DNA from: Nemertoderma westbladi
Lineage: Eukaryota > Animalia > Xenacoelomorpha
Assembly: GCA_032718475.1 (NCBI GenBank)
Contig: JAUCBJ010008132.1
Span: 1 to 42,976, forward strand
DNA length: 42,976 nt
Reading direction: 5' to 3'
Position numbers and translations under genes: made by a program. Positions 12,001 through 22,600 of this stretch are shown in pieces. The notes below the pieces were generated by a model. It saw nothing but the letters and a program-made list of their open reading frames with translations, did not search any database and was not told where the DNA came from. The stretch's first letter is position 1. Each line of letters opens with the position of its first letter.

Positions 12001-13556
12001 ATGAAATAAATGATATCATAAATCTTCCAATAGAAGCAAGTAATAACTCTGAAATTACTATTGAAGAAATATTAAGTAATGATATGAACTCAAAGTTAAA
12101 TATAGAAGAACAAAGCAAGGATGATCACCTTAAATCTATCATAGATTATCTAGAATCTGGAGTACTACCTACCAATAAAATAGCAGCTCAAAAGTTATTA
12201 TTAAGTGTGGCTGCATATGAAATCATTGACAAAGACCTAAATGATGATGTTTCATGTAAATGTTTGTATAGACTCTCCCCATTTAACAGACATCTCCGAC
12301 TTATTGTTGTTCCAAAACAATATCAGTCAACATTATTATATGATAGACATTCATCGTCCTTGGGAGGTCATTTTGCGATAGATAAAACTTATAAAACATT
12401 AGCTCAATTTTATTATTGGGACACAATGTATCGCGATACAGTTCGTTTCTGTAATTCTTGTTTGGAATGTCTCACAAGGAAGCCTCCTCACCGATATCAA
12501 AAGGTTCCCTTAACTGCTATAACTTCATATTATCCAATGGAATTAATGGCAGTAGATTTACTTTCACTCCCATTATCTATTGAAGGTAATAAATTTGCAT
12601 TAGTGTTTGTGGATCACTTCACTAAATGGGTAATAGCAATTGCTTTGCGTGATGAATGTGCTACTACAGTGGCGAAAGCCTTAATAGATCATGTTATATG
12701 TCAACATGGTGTTCCTAATAAACTTTTGTCTGATCAAGGTCCAAACTTTACGAGTTCTTTGATAAAGGAAGTTGCAAAACTACTGGGAATTAAGAAAATA
12801 TTTACAACCCCATATCACCAACAATGTAACGGAGTTGTAGAACGAATGAATAGAACAATTTGCGATATTCTATCACATTTAGTTAATGATCATGGAACCG
12901 ATTGGGATTGTTATCTTGATCAGGTTACCTTTGCGTATAACAGCTCCTACCATATGACAACAGGTGAAACACCTTTCTTCCTTATGCATGGACGTGATCC
13001 TCAATTTCCTTTCGACAACTTCCTGAATTTCATTCCACGGAAGTATGCAGAGGTTGAAGACTTTGCACTTGATCTTAAGGATAGCTTAACTACTACATTC
13101 CAGATGGTCAGAAACAAATTGGCAAAGGAACATATTAACTGGAGTACTCAATATAATAAGAAAACACTAAAACATGGATTTAATGTGGGTGACCGAGTGT
13201 TTTTACACTCAATGTCAGAATGTAAAGGTCCAAATCATAAATTTGCCCGACCCTTTCTCGGACCATTCAAAATAATGAAATTGTCTGAGCATAATGCAGA
13301 TTTACTTTCGAATCACTCTGAATCCCATACACACGAAACTTTCACCGTTAATGTATTGCATCTAAAACGATGTCCAAGAGATCTGGATATGATGACTAAA
13401 CCTTATCTGGGAAAGACGCAAAATTCTTCGAAGAGGTTCCATAATAGATTGCTATTGGACAACTCAAACTTGATTAAGACAAGGATACCAAGAGACACTG
13501 AAATGGAACCCTATATTCATCCTTATCATACCCGATCTAAAACCAAAAACACTTAA
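8958..13556 (+). CDS. pol: Gypsy Gag C-terminus plus Pol polyprotein (zinc knuckle, protease, RT, RNase H, integrase)
   Basis: CYICGDVSHIAPDC; VFADNGSESTFIS; LRLCVDYRALN, MPFGLTNAP, YLDD; ETDAS, ELELYAI, TDHSAL, ADALSR; HHCC zinc finger; AVDL, SDQG, NGVVERMNR; FLGPFKI. Confidence 0.95.
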   Translation: MINNYNITKIMFKKRALLYLLPGTDVEYLINLVRKYDISREINAKCVEVVMCATFLHGLEPKIKKLISNDQYHNLRQVSNLADLAKSLETYMSSVRKRQEDYNEFGDRNKQTSYKPNFNQNKENDIKKKSRYCYICGDVSHIAPDCPNRSKIRGTSTPIQQPLLSKQSSEGVIDSNKTTKFPKPQTTSRRNVDVYEGAYNDISNPLLTDSENESDIGDTALPETFNAHIEIDNAPTISKAPSFIGDISINGFHLCKLGVFADNGSESTFISLRLVKHLQKLNLLPSEIKPLSCKPIAYQGQPISMIGEIQIEVSYKNQSCVRVFALVDPLMGKKGTYDILIGNNVGPLLCKFVTIPYTMVGTNVWNIPFIQPPVNRDECDINPSKMDNPITACKRIECVRLVTSATLKPQCTTFVKATLDKNDISEINVKESLLFEPFLNNVSPFLPTLVKLDDNNTFILKVENSSRNKIRLRSNRKIGILENVESITNDDNFDYDDACRDSKLIKEEERELDNDNNDSTTALERKLRTEKFLRCIKIANEWDQLTSNQQNQLLDTLLELQFSFALPDEPTGRTDVIEHHIETGDHKPIQQHPRRIPLAYRGKCREIIEQLLTDRIIEPSSALWTSPTVLVKKEGKPLRLCVDYRALNAITLRDNYPMPRIDDILDCIQNATIFSVLDAKQMFHQIPISEDSKDKTTMVTPDGAYRYTGMPFGLTNAPPTCQRLMNVALHGLIGYCCFVYLDDILIFSTNFESHLQHINKVLQRINKAKLKLRIEKCKFACFEIKFLGHIVTQFGIKPDPQKILIVKDYPPPNNLKELQRFLGLTRYYRKFIKDLAKITAPLNALTRKDVKFVWSTECDKAFQYLKRALTTEPVLARPDMSKPFLLETDASMDGLGAILSQRDDNDELHPIAYSGKSLSSNEKKWHITELELYAIIWAIDHFGAYLQGQDYEVITDHSALMWFLNIKEPKGRLQRWMLKLMPQMPRISYRPGKLNLAADALSRIPQCQLKTEHSNEINDIINLPIEASNNSEITIEEILSNDMNSKLNIEEQSKDDHLKSIIDYLESGVLPTNKIAAQKLLLSVAAYEIIDKDLNDDVSCKCLYRLSPFNRHLRLIVVPKQYQSTLLYDRHSSSLGGHFAIDKTYKTLAQFYYWDTMYRDTVRFCNSCLECLTRKPPHRYQKVPLTAITSYYPMELMAVDLLSLPLSIEGNKFALVFVDHFTKWVIAIALRDECATTVAKALIDHVICQHGVPNKLLSDQGPNFTSSLIKEVAKLLGIKKIFTTPYHQQCNGVVERMNRTICDILSHLVNDHGTDWDCYLDQVTFAYNSSYHMTTGETPFFLMHGRDPQFPFDNFLNFIPRKYAEVEDFALDLKDSLTTTFQMVRNKLAKEHINWSTQYNKKTLKHGFNVGDRVFLHSMSECKGPNHKFARPFLGPFKIMKLSEHNADLLSNHSESHTHETFTVNVLHLKRCPRDLDMMTKPYLGKTQNSSKRFHNRLLLDNSNLIKTRIPRDTEMEPYIHPYHTRSKTKNT

Positions 13557-13664
13557 TACAGTAGAATTTAAGCAATAGCTGGATGGTTATAAACTTTGGT
13601 GATGGGTCTTTTGTATTAGTATATATGTTAACTTGATGGGTCTCAAGTCTTTCAACAGGGGGGA

Positions 13665-13871
13665 TGTTATAGGATATTTTAGAGTAGATTATTATAGGAC
13701 CTAAGAGGCCAAGCCTATATGCTAGTTAGTTCTGTAGTTGGTTGTACTGATTTTGGCTGTTGTGCATTGTACCGTGATATACCCTATTATACCAGTATAC
13801 TGCCTGTCTGTGGTGATATCTTTGTTTTTTGATTATGCATGACACTCTGCGGGCCTTTGGACCGTATGATA
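13665..13871 (+). repeat. Gypsy 3' LTR
   Basis: Identical to 6203-6409; preceded by a purine tract at 13654-13664. Confidence 0.95.
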
Positions 13872-14552
13872 GTTGTACAATATATTTGTGGCCGTCTTTC
13901 AAATCTAATAAATACCTATTATCTATTCCTTCCTATGTATATCTATGGCAATCCATTTTACATGCTTTTAATTATTGTAAATGTAACAGTATCTTACTTA
14001 AAATTGTTAATTTGCCTGCAACTATATTCACTTATTTTTATTAATCGGCCAGACCATTTTGCCAATATAGTCGCTGGGGCGTAATCCGGATGATGAATCA
14101 AATAGGTGCGTAATTTATTAGAACAATAATTGTGCAGATGGTACTTTTCCCAATGTTTCGTTTTCATTATTAGGCTGCCCTGCATAGGTGCGTAATTTAT
14201 TACAACAATATTGATAGCAATGGATATAGGTCCATTATTGCCAGCTCTCACTGGGGCGAGCTTGTGTATTAATATGTTAATTGAAGAGGCTGTTACCATT
14301 TGGCATTTATATATTATTTGGCTGCACTCTCTATAGGGTAGATAGCAGCATTAACTATGATATTATACAGTACAATGTAGGTAATTAATGTACAATAAAC
14401 TACTTACGTACACATGTAATGAGTAATGTGCTCATATACTTTAAATATAAAATTTCATTCAGTTACTATTCGATAAATGTTATATAATTATAAACGAAAG
14501 TCAATAAATTTACTGCTACTAGAACCCAGATGAAGACAACATCTGCTGACTA

Positions 14553-14574
14553 TGTACTACTACTACTACTACTA
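14553..14574. repeat. (TAC)n microsatellite
   Basis: Direct reading of the sequence. Confidence 0.9.
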
Positions 14575-14807
14575 TAATCGGCCTGCAGCATGGAAACTGC
14601 ACAGCACATTGAGATGCTATTCCTGCTTAACAAAAACATTCAACCAAATATTCAATTCAAAAAATTCAAACAAAACCATGCAATCCACAATTGGCAAGCC
14701 CAATGCAGCGTGCATTAAGAATGCTATGCCAGTGTACAAGGCTGAGAGATAACTCCCCCTTGAAATGACTCCCCAGTCGTCACAGCCTAGGCTGGGACTT
14801 CAGAGAC

Positions 14808-15265
14808 TTAGAAAAGCACGCCTCTGTTATCTGCTCTTTTTCCTCATTTTGTAATGTAACTGTTTATTGTTTTGGTTAGAAAAGCCCGCCTCAGTAACCT
14901 GCGACTTTCTCTAAATTGATAATCCAAGGTTCCACCTTGGTGTAGTGGTTGCATTGAATTCACATCTCCTGTAGGTCGTGGGTTCGATCCTCAAATGGGC
15001 CAGGGCAGTTTTCGTTTCGGCACGAATGCTTTAAGGGACCAGCCAGGGCGCATCTCTGCCTTGCATCCTTAAGTGGTAGCTAAATGAGTACTGGAGTTTC
15101 CTCTGGGGAGTAAAGTTCTGGGGGGACCGCACTGGATATAAGTCGTCAGACTTTGTGCGTAATCCCTGGCCTAGTGGCCGAAGAAAATTTACTTTACTTT
15201 ACTTACTTATCGTTTATTGTTTTGGTTAGAAAAGACCGTCTATGTAACCTGCTCCTTTCCCTTTA
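14808..15265 (+). repeat. ~55-bp repeat family (gtttattgttttggttagaa...gtaacctgctc), interrupted by a SINE; further copies at 17507-17575 and 31355-31425
   Basis: The core GTTTATTGTTTTGGTTA occurs at 14862, 15212, 17531 and 31381 in the same orientation. Confidence 0.8.
14931..15209 (+). mobile_element. tRNA-derived SINE (~280 bp)
   Basis: Pol III A box TGGTGTAGTGG (14938), B box GGTTCGATCC (14981), (TTTAC)n tail; a second copy lies on the minus strand at ~34071-34360. Confidence 0.9.
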
Positions 15266-15494
15266 TTAAAGAAATGCATACATAAAAAGTCATTCTATGG
15301 AAAACAAAAGTGTTATGCTGTTATCCAAAATTCGTACAAATTGCGCACAAAAAAGTCAAATGAACAGACTTAAAAAATCACTTCCAAAAAGTATTATAGC
15401 TTCCTGTATGTATATGGTAACTGTACTTGACACAGTGAACCCGATGTACATTCTTGTGAATGTGCCTTCCAGAGATTAGGTTGTCCTCCGCAGC

Positions 15495-15650
15495 TGGAGC
15501 CCTGCTGCTCTAAATAATTGGACCATAGGTTTCCGATGAATTCTGTGCGACTTCCAAATACTGGAAGCCCATTTAATGCTGAGAGTGCATTTCCTATACG
15601 TATTCGAAGGTCCTCCTCACCTGACTTCGGGATCCATGATCCAATGCTGA
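15495..15650 (-). mobile_element. RTE-like LINE fragment (region C-terminal to RT)
   Basis: Minus-strand translation with one frameshift: IGSWIPKSGEEDLRIRIGNALSALNGL / SIWKSHRIHRKPMVQLFRAA, matching the RTE pattern LGS..DI..RI..A..A...L..IWKS...K..LFRA. Confidence 0.6.
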
Positions 15651-15935
15651 TTGTGTGGATGTCTAGTAACTATATAGTTACTTTTATCAATGTTAATCAA
15701 ATAAATGCCAGCTTGACTGGTCTGCAGACGCGTGCGTGAGTTATTTTATTTTATTTTAAGACTAATTGTTTTTGTCTTTGCACTTGGAAATTGTAATAAT
15801 TTTTTAAAAAATTTATTAATTTATTACTGTGTATATAATTATTATTTTTGTAATAAATATAATATGTTCAATATCATTAATTTAATTATTTATTAACAAT
15901 AAAAGGCTCAATTTGAACTACATCTACACTACAAT

Positions 15936-17237
15936 ATGTCAGAGGGTGCAGCTTCAGTTATATCATGTGATGAAACAAACAAAATTATTACTAACCAGAA
16001 TGGCCATCAAAAAGGCTGGCGTCTTAACATGTTGGTGGCCATGTTGCTCATGTACCAAATGATACCAGGTTGGTGTCAAAATCTATTAGAAGCTTTCTTT
16101 CTAATTGTTGTAGAAGAGCGTGGTTGGTCAAAGACTCTGATTGGTGCATTATTGGCAATGTTTTCTATTGTCAGACTTATAATATACATTAGTTGCCCTC
16201 ATTCTATCAACAATTGGGGAACTCGTATCTCTTTGGGTCTATTTGGAATTATTGGTGCTGTATCCCAATTGGCATTCGGGTTTGTAGAATATATTCCCAA
16301 CAACAACAATGGGTTATATATATTCGCTTGTTTTTCTCTGCGCACCTTAGAAGCAGTTGGACTCAACATCAGTTATATGTATTCATACAGTCTATTGATG
16401 GAATTGTGGCCAGCACAAAGAACTTTATTAGCAAGTTTAGCCACTGTTTGTGGCACAGTGGGATTTATGGCTGCACCAGTTTTTGGTTCAACCATTTTTG
16501 CTTTATTGGGTTTTGAGTTCCCATTTATAATATCGGGTTTGATGTTTCTAATTGTCAACCTTTACTGCTGGTTAGAGTCACCACGTTATATTTACGACAG
16601 ATGTGAATCGAAAGACAGACCAACTTATCTTGGGCTTCTGAGAAATCCAGCAATTTCACTTATTTTTATTATTAATATAAATTCTAGAATACTATCATCC
16701 TTTACCGTTGCGAACTATGCTGCCTACATTCACCACAACTACAATGTCAACCAGTACAATATTGGTCGTATCTATATGATATTTCCTGGTCTTCATTGTT
16801 CTAGTAGTCTAATAATGTCCTTAATGATGAAGAAATTTAAGACTATCTTACCAACTGTATTTGGCACAATGTTAATAGCTGGAGCTATGCAACTAATTGG
16901 TCCTACAGAGCTACTGGGTTTACCTCATGATCTCACCATATCTATCAGTGGCTGCGCTCTCCTTGGATTCGGTTATGGACTATACGAAACTCCTGCACTT
17001 GAAACACAAACACAACTGGCTGTAAATGTTTGTGGTTATCATGATAATGTTGATACCAGAACACTTCTCCAACAAATGCATAGAATTGCCTCTTCTGTTG
17101 GAGCTATCATAGGTCCCATTATTGGTGGATTCTTCAATGATTACTTTGGTATGGAACTTACTTGCTCGATTCTCAGTTTGTTTGGGTTGCCTTTTACCTT
17201 CGCACTAGTTGCAGTGTTCGCATTGAGGAGATGGTGA
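15936..17237 (+). CDS. Intronless major facilitator superfamily transporter, SLC18B1-like (433 aa)
   Basis: Uninterrupted ORF with about 12 hydrophobic segments in two halves; LRTLEAVG, GFMAAPVFGSTIFALLGFEFPF and VGAIIGPIIGGFF resemble SLC18B1-type MFS motifs. MFS call is firm, subfamily less so. Confidence 0.85.
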   Translation: MSEGAASVISCDETNKIITNQNGHQKGWRLNMLVAMLLMYQMIPGWCQNLLEAFFLIVVEERGWSKTLIGALLAMFSIVRLIIYISCPHSINNWGTRISLGLFGIIGAVSQLAFGFVEYIPNNNNGLYIFACFSLRTLEAVGLNISYMYSYSLLMELWPAQRTLLASLATVCGTVGFMAAPVFGSTIFALLGFEFPFIISGLMFLIVNLYCWLESPRYIYDRCESKDRPTYLGLLRNPAISLIFIININSRILSSFTVANYAAYIHHNYNVNQYNIGRIYMIFPGLHCSSSLIMSLMMKKFKTILPTVFGTMLIAGAMQLIGPTELLGLPHDLTISISGCALLGFGYGLYETPALETQTQLAVNVCGYHDNVDTRTLLQQMHRIASSVGAIIGPIIGGFFNDYFGMELTCSILSLFGLPFTFALVAVFALRRW

Positions 17238-17904
17238 GAGGTGATATTAACAAGTAGAGAAATTAAACATGAAGGTGGAGGGGGCTGGGCAACCTGTTAC
17301 CTTGTTGTATCTTGATAATAATATCTTGCCAAATTGTGTATTTTATACGGAGGTTGAGAATGCTTTATAAGGTGGTGAGATTCCTGCAACTTTTAAAATC
17401 CTTCAAGCTGTAATCTAGCACTTTATTAGATTAAAGATCTTGTCTCTATTAAATTCGTTGTATTTGGTAATAATTGTAACCTGTAACTCACTGCAAGTAT
17501 GTAAGAATGTAACCTGTTCTATAGACTTCAGTTTATTGTTTTGGTTAGAATAACGTGCCACTGTAACATGCTCAGTTCCCTGGATTGATTTAACAATATT
17601 AATTAATTACATTGAAAGGGGGGTATTAATTCGCCTATTTCGGATTTGCATCCAGTTGCGTGTGCATGTTTGATGTGTGCGTGCTCGGTATTTTATACAC
17701 ACGGCGGCGTGTGTGCGGTATCCATTCTCTTCTTTTAATTAGGGTTGAGGCCACCACTACTGTAACCTGCATAAAAACATTACCAAATTTTTAACGGTAC
17801 TAGGGTAGTTTTAATTTAAAATTTACTTTTAAGTTCTTTCTTTACAAACAGACTGGTAGTTTTACCGGTTAGGTTAGCCGAACTGATTCATAACAAATGT
17901 TGAA

Positions 17905-18311
17905 ATGGTGTTTTTGCAATGGTGCAGAAAGCGAATTTTTGACTGTTCTAACTTTTGCCACCATTGCGGTATTACGATGGTTCCTGAAGAAACACCTACC
18001 TGCATTCCCTCATCACGGTTAGTTATAGTAGTTCCAATTCACAGCTTATTTCGTTCGAGGATTTTTCATTAGAGAAAAAAAGAAGTCATTTAACAGGAGT
18101 GGAAAGTACAAGTACCTGTAATGGAAGGTCACTAAAATGAAAGAAGACTGTCAGATCCAAGGATGTTTTAATAGTTAAAATAAACATTGGAGCTTGCGTT
18201 TTTAAGGAAAAAATCATCATGTTGAAACAGGTATGGCGAAAATCAATTCAGGTTTCAGTTCCAAATGTTATTGACTATGCAAACTTACTAAAAGTTGCTA
18301 CAAGATATCAG
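17905..18311 (+). pseudogene. Decayed exon with zinc-ribbon-like N-terminus
   Basis: MVFLQWCRKRIFDCSNFCHHCG..., then after a frameshift SFEDFSLEKK...VKINIGACVFKEKIIMLKQVWRKSIQVSVPNVIDYANLLKVA, ending at CAG|GTAGTT; contains a stop. Confidence 0.4.
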
Positions 18312-18969
18312 GTAGTTATTGTAATTATTGAGTTGACACAATTGAAGTAAGTAGTACATTCTATATTGTAGGTAAATTACAGGTTAACTTTATATATCGA
18401 TACCAGAGTTATGTCGCTGGGTCTGCCGGGGGCTAGTAGATGAGTGACGTTATTAAGATGGTCTGTATGGTTCGGTAATGGCCTATCTCTCTCAGAACAC
18501 TAAGTTTTGTACTATATTTTGACCTATGTACCCCCCAAAGTGCTAATTTTCCTAAATTTCCCAAATTTGTCAGTTACTTTTATTATGTTCTAGAATTTCC
18601 CGCCTACTGTTACCATAATTTGTAAGAATTTTATTTTAATACTATTCTAATTTTTATTAATGTGCTATTATTGTTCATAGTGGGCTATTTCTGCCTAGAT
18701 AACCCCTATAGTTTGCATACAGAGTAGACTAGCTATTCTCTTCTGTGCTAGTCTGCACCAGGTAACCTCCTGGCCCTGTATCAAACACTCTAACTTACTC
18801 TACGGGCTGTGTAGTACAGTAGTCTGTCTCGTGCGGCCTACATGGTCTATCCTGCTGTACCCACGTGCCCCCCTCTCACTTTCGTGGCGCTTTCTATGCC
18901 CACAGCTCCTACGGTACTATGTACCCTACCACCACTACTCCTATGATATATTTACATATCATACTCTCC

Positions 18970-19323
18970 ACTCTCTTACTACTAACTCTACTAACTCTCT
19001 AACACTCTACTAACACTCTAACTCTCTAACCCTCTAACTCTACTAACTCACTAACTCTACTAACTCTACTAACTCTCTAACTCTACTAACTCTCTAACTC
19101 TCTATCCCTCTAACTCTACTAACTCTCTAACTCTCGAACTCTACTAACTCTACTAACTCTACTAACTCTACTAACTCTCTAACTCTCTAACTCTCTAACC
19201 CTCTAACTCTCTAACCCTCTAACTCTCTAACTCTACTAACTCTACTAACTCTCTAACTCTACTAACTCTACTAACTCTCTAACTCTACTAACTCTACTAA
19301 CTCTCTAACTCTACTAACTCTAA
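18970..19323. repeat. Telomere-like 8-9-bp array (CTAACTCT / CTAACTCTA / CTAACCCT)
   Basis: ~350 bp of mixed units; the minus strand reads TTAGAG/TTAGTAGAG with occasional AGGGTTAG. Confidence 0.92.
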
Positions 19324-19689
19324 CGGTACTAAGTACCCTCTTACTCCCGTGGTATGTTTATATACCACACTCCCTATACCTCTATCTGCCTACTTACTTA
19401 CTACTATCTACTATTACTTTCTCTTTCTAACTTTCTATTTATTTCTACTACTTTATTTTTATAGGGTGTTTATTTTGTGTGGGAAGGGCATCTCGCCCTC
19501 AATCCCACCCCCCTCAGTCCAACACTTGGACGACTAAACTCTATGGTGCCCCTTCTAGAAGGCAGCACTTTCCTACAGCCCTCCTGTAGGTCTTTCTATC
19601 CTTTGCTCCTATCTTCTTCTAACTCTCACTTCTACAGATCTGACTCTTCCATCTTCGCCTACCCTTCTCAGTCCAACTTATTGGACGAC

Positions 19690-22600
19690 TCAACAACCTA
19701 AGGGTGATTCTTCCAGCAGGCAACTCTCCCAATGCCCCCCTGTAGGTCCTCTAATTCTTCGCCCCACTCTCCTTGTCAATTCCAACTCTCTTGGAACTGA
19801 CCTTCCCTTCTCTTCTGTCCTTAAATCGGGTCTCTGTGTCGTATTACTGATCTCCTCGTGGTCGTCCCCTGGCGGCAAAGTGCCACCCTTCATCTTGTCG
19901 CATGGCGGTAGAATACCGCCCATTGTGCCATCCTTATAGGTACATACCACCTCAGCTGGCCTCCCCCTTAATATGTGCACCGGCATTAAAGCCCTCGATG
20001 ATCCCTGGTCATCCTTTGGTACACGTAATGGCTCACTATTGAATGCCCCTTCGCACTCTGCCACCTCCTTATGCGTGTACAACATGCCCTCTCCCACTTT
20101 CCTGTTTCCTTTATCACATTTCATCATGGGCTTCTCTGCCCCTGGTCTAATCTTCCCACATCCTCTCTCTTTCCACCTTGTCTTCTTACTCGACCTCCCC
20201 CTTTTCGGTATGCCTCTCAACTGGACCGGCGTCTCCTCCGGACATTCCTCCGGACACTCCTCCGGACACTCCTCCAGGCACTCCTCCGGACATCTCGTCG
20301 TCCACTCTTCTCCACCCTCATACCGATACTTGCCAGGAACATCCTTGTTCCATCCCATCGCCTCTAGGTCTTCTGCGTCGAAGCCATTCTCCTCCGCCCA
20401 CTCTCTTGGTGTTGCTTCCACTCCTAGCTCATCTACCGGCCCCCAACTCCTGGTATCCTTCCCCGGGCTGGTTCTCGCATGGGACCTCCCCATCGCCCGT
20501 CTCTGGTTTCTTCTCTACGTCCTCAACAGTGCCTGATAGCATGCACCCCGATGTCTCCAACATCCCGAATAGAATATTGGTCTTGATTGGGCCGCTAAGC
20601 ATTCATCCGAATAGTGTAAGAATTGCCATTGGATCACGCTGTCTGTCCTCCCCGAAGATCGTCTGTACTCTCTCGTGGGCCATCGGGCAGTCCATTCCCA
20701 CTATGATGGATACCTTCCGGACGTCCACTTCCGGTATCGAGAAATCGATATCGTCCAGGAATCTATATTGCTCAACCTCGATGTTAGTTGGTCGCCTGGC
20801 ATTTATGTTGATAGATTCTATTACCTGGATGGGGTCGATGGTCGCCCCATAGTCACATCCCGGTGCTATCGCTGATATCTCGCACCTTCCCGGCCTCATC
20901 TCAAGGACCTCATCCTTGCTGGAGATGGTAGTTACCGCCATCCTGCTTGGCCTCGTCTGTAACCCTATCTCCTCGGCCACCCAATTCTCCACCAATGTGA
21001 AGGCTGCTCCGCTGTCGACCAGCATCAAGGTGGTAACTGATCGACCACCTTCTCCTATCACCCTCACTGGTACTACCCCAAGTAGTACCATTCCCCTTCT
21101 CTTTGCCCCTACGGTGCTTGTCACCATCGTTTGCCCTTTGCATTGACCGGTGTTTCTTTGCATTGCTCAGCCTTGTGTCTGCCCGCCACACATCGATGAC
21201 AGATTCCACTCCTCCTGGCATATTCTACCTGATCTTGTTTGGGCAACGCTTGCCAGTACCTGCAGTTCATGGTCTGATGAAGTGCGTTCGAATGTAATTG
21301 GCATTTGTTTCCTGGATTATAGCCGTCCCTATACAGTGCGCTGCGTATCGCACTCACGTTCATGCCTAGTTCCCTACTGTTCTTATTGTTTGGGTTTGGC
21401 CTACTGGGCGTGTTGGGGTTGTATTTGTTTATGTTGTTATTTTGCCCCTGTCCATGCCATGGTGTGGCCCTACCCCCGGCTATATGTGGACTAGCAGTCC
21501 CCTGCGTCACAGCATATGGCAGTGATTGTCTAAGCTTTGGCAATGAATTCGCCGCATTATGTTCTGGTTTTGGCCTGTTATATTCGGTCTTTGGTGCCCT
21601 CCCCAGACTATCCTTGCTATAGACTGGGTCCGTGATCAACTCCGCTTCGTAATTGAGGAAGTTCGACATTTCCTCTAGGCCCAGTTCCGCACCTTTCTTC
21701 TCCCGGGTGGAGAAGGCGATCTTTCTCCATTTATTACGTAGCCAGATCGGCAGTGCCTGCGCTATCGTGGTGATGTTATTCGATGCGTATTGTATGGCGC
21801 GTCTAGTGTCTTCAGCACGATTAACGCCTTCTCGACCTTATTTGCGAAGGTCTTTATACTAACAGGGTTATCCTGTAGGCCACCCGATGTTAGTCCCTTG
21901 AGGGTCTGCCAGATGATCTTGGCTGGGTGTCCATATTCCCTTTCTAGGGCCCACCATGCAGTCGTGAAGCCACCCTCGATGACCTGATACTGCCTCACGA
22001 TGTCGTACGCTGGGCCTCCTGTGTATACCTGTAAATATTTTAGGCACTCTGCCTGCGTCAGGTTCTTAGTTAATATTTCGTTGCTGTACATGCGTCGGAA
22101 TTGCAGGTATTCTTCCGGTCTGCTTCCGTCGAATTTAAATGGCTCAACTGGTGGTAGCTCGATCCTGGTCTTGAGCGCATCGATAAGTGTTGCCATTCCC
22201 ATCGCCTGCGCTTCCAATGGGTTCGAGGGATGCTGTACAGACTTCTATTCTCTCCACTTCTTCTCTCTCCAGTGTAGTGTTCCCGCTCATGAGATCTCTC
22301 TTCGACCTCCTGGTTAAACTCCACTGTTCTTCTTCCATCTTCCGACTGGGCTCGACGTCTCGTCGCTCACCCGCTCACGACGTCAACCTCTCTCTCTCTC
22401 TCTAGCCGGTTGGACGCTGCTGGGGATATTCGTAATCCCCCTACTATTCTCCGTCGCCAGGTGCTGCGGTTCACCTAACTCGCCCCGCGCATTATCCGCC
22501 GACGCTCGTGGGACATTCTCTGCCCCCCGTGGCCTTGCAGGCTACCGTCGGGTGACTCACCCACGCTACTCCCTGTGTACTAACTACGTGGCATTGAAGG

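Larger units (their letters stand above)
6203..13871 (+). mobile_element. Ty3/Gypsy LTR retrotransposon, recent insertion
   Basis: Two 207-bp LTRs identical by eye; TSD GTTG (6199-6202 and 13872-13875); PBS after the 5' LTR; PPT AACAGGGGGGA before the 3' LTR; domain order PR-RT-RH-IN. Confidence 0.96.

Noticed and set aside
14931-15000. tRNA gene
   Set aside because: A and B boxes are present but there is no convincing cloverleaf; it continues into a SINE body and tail with a second dispersed copy.
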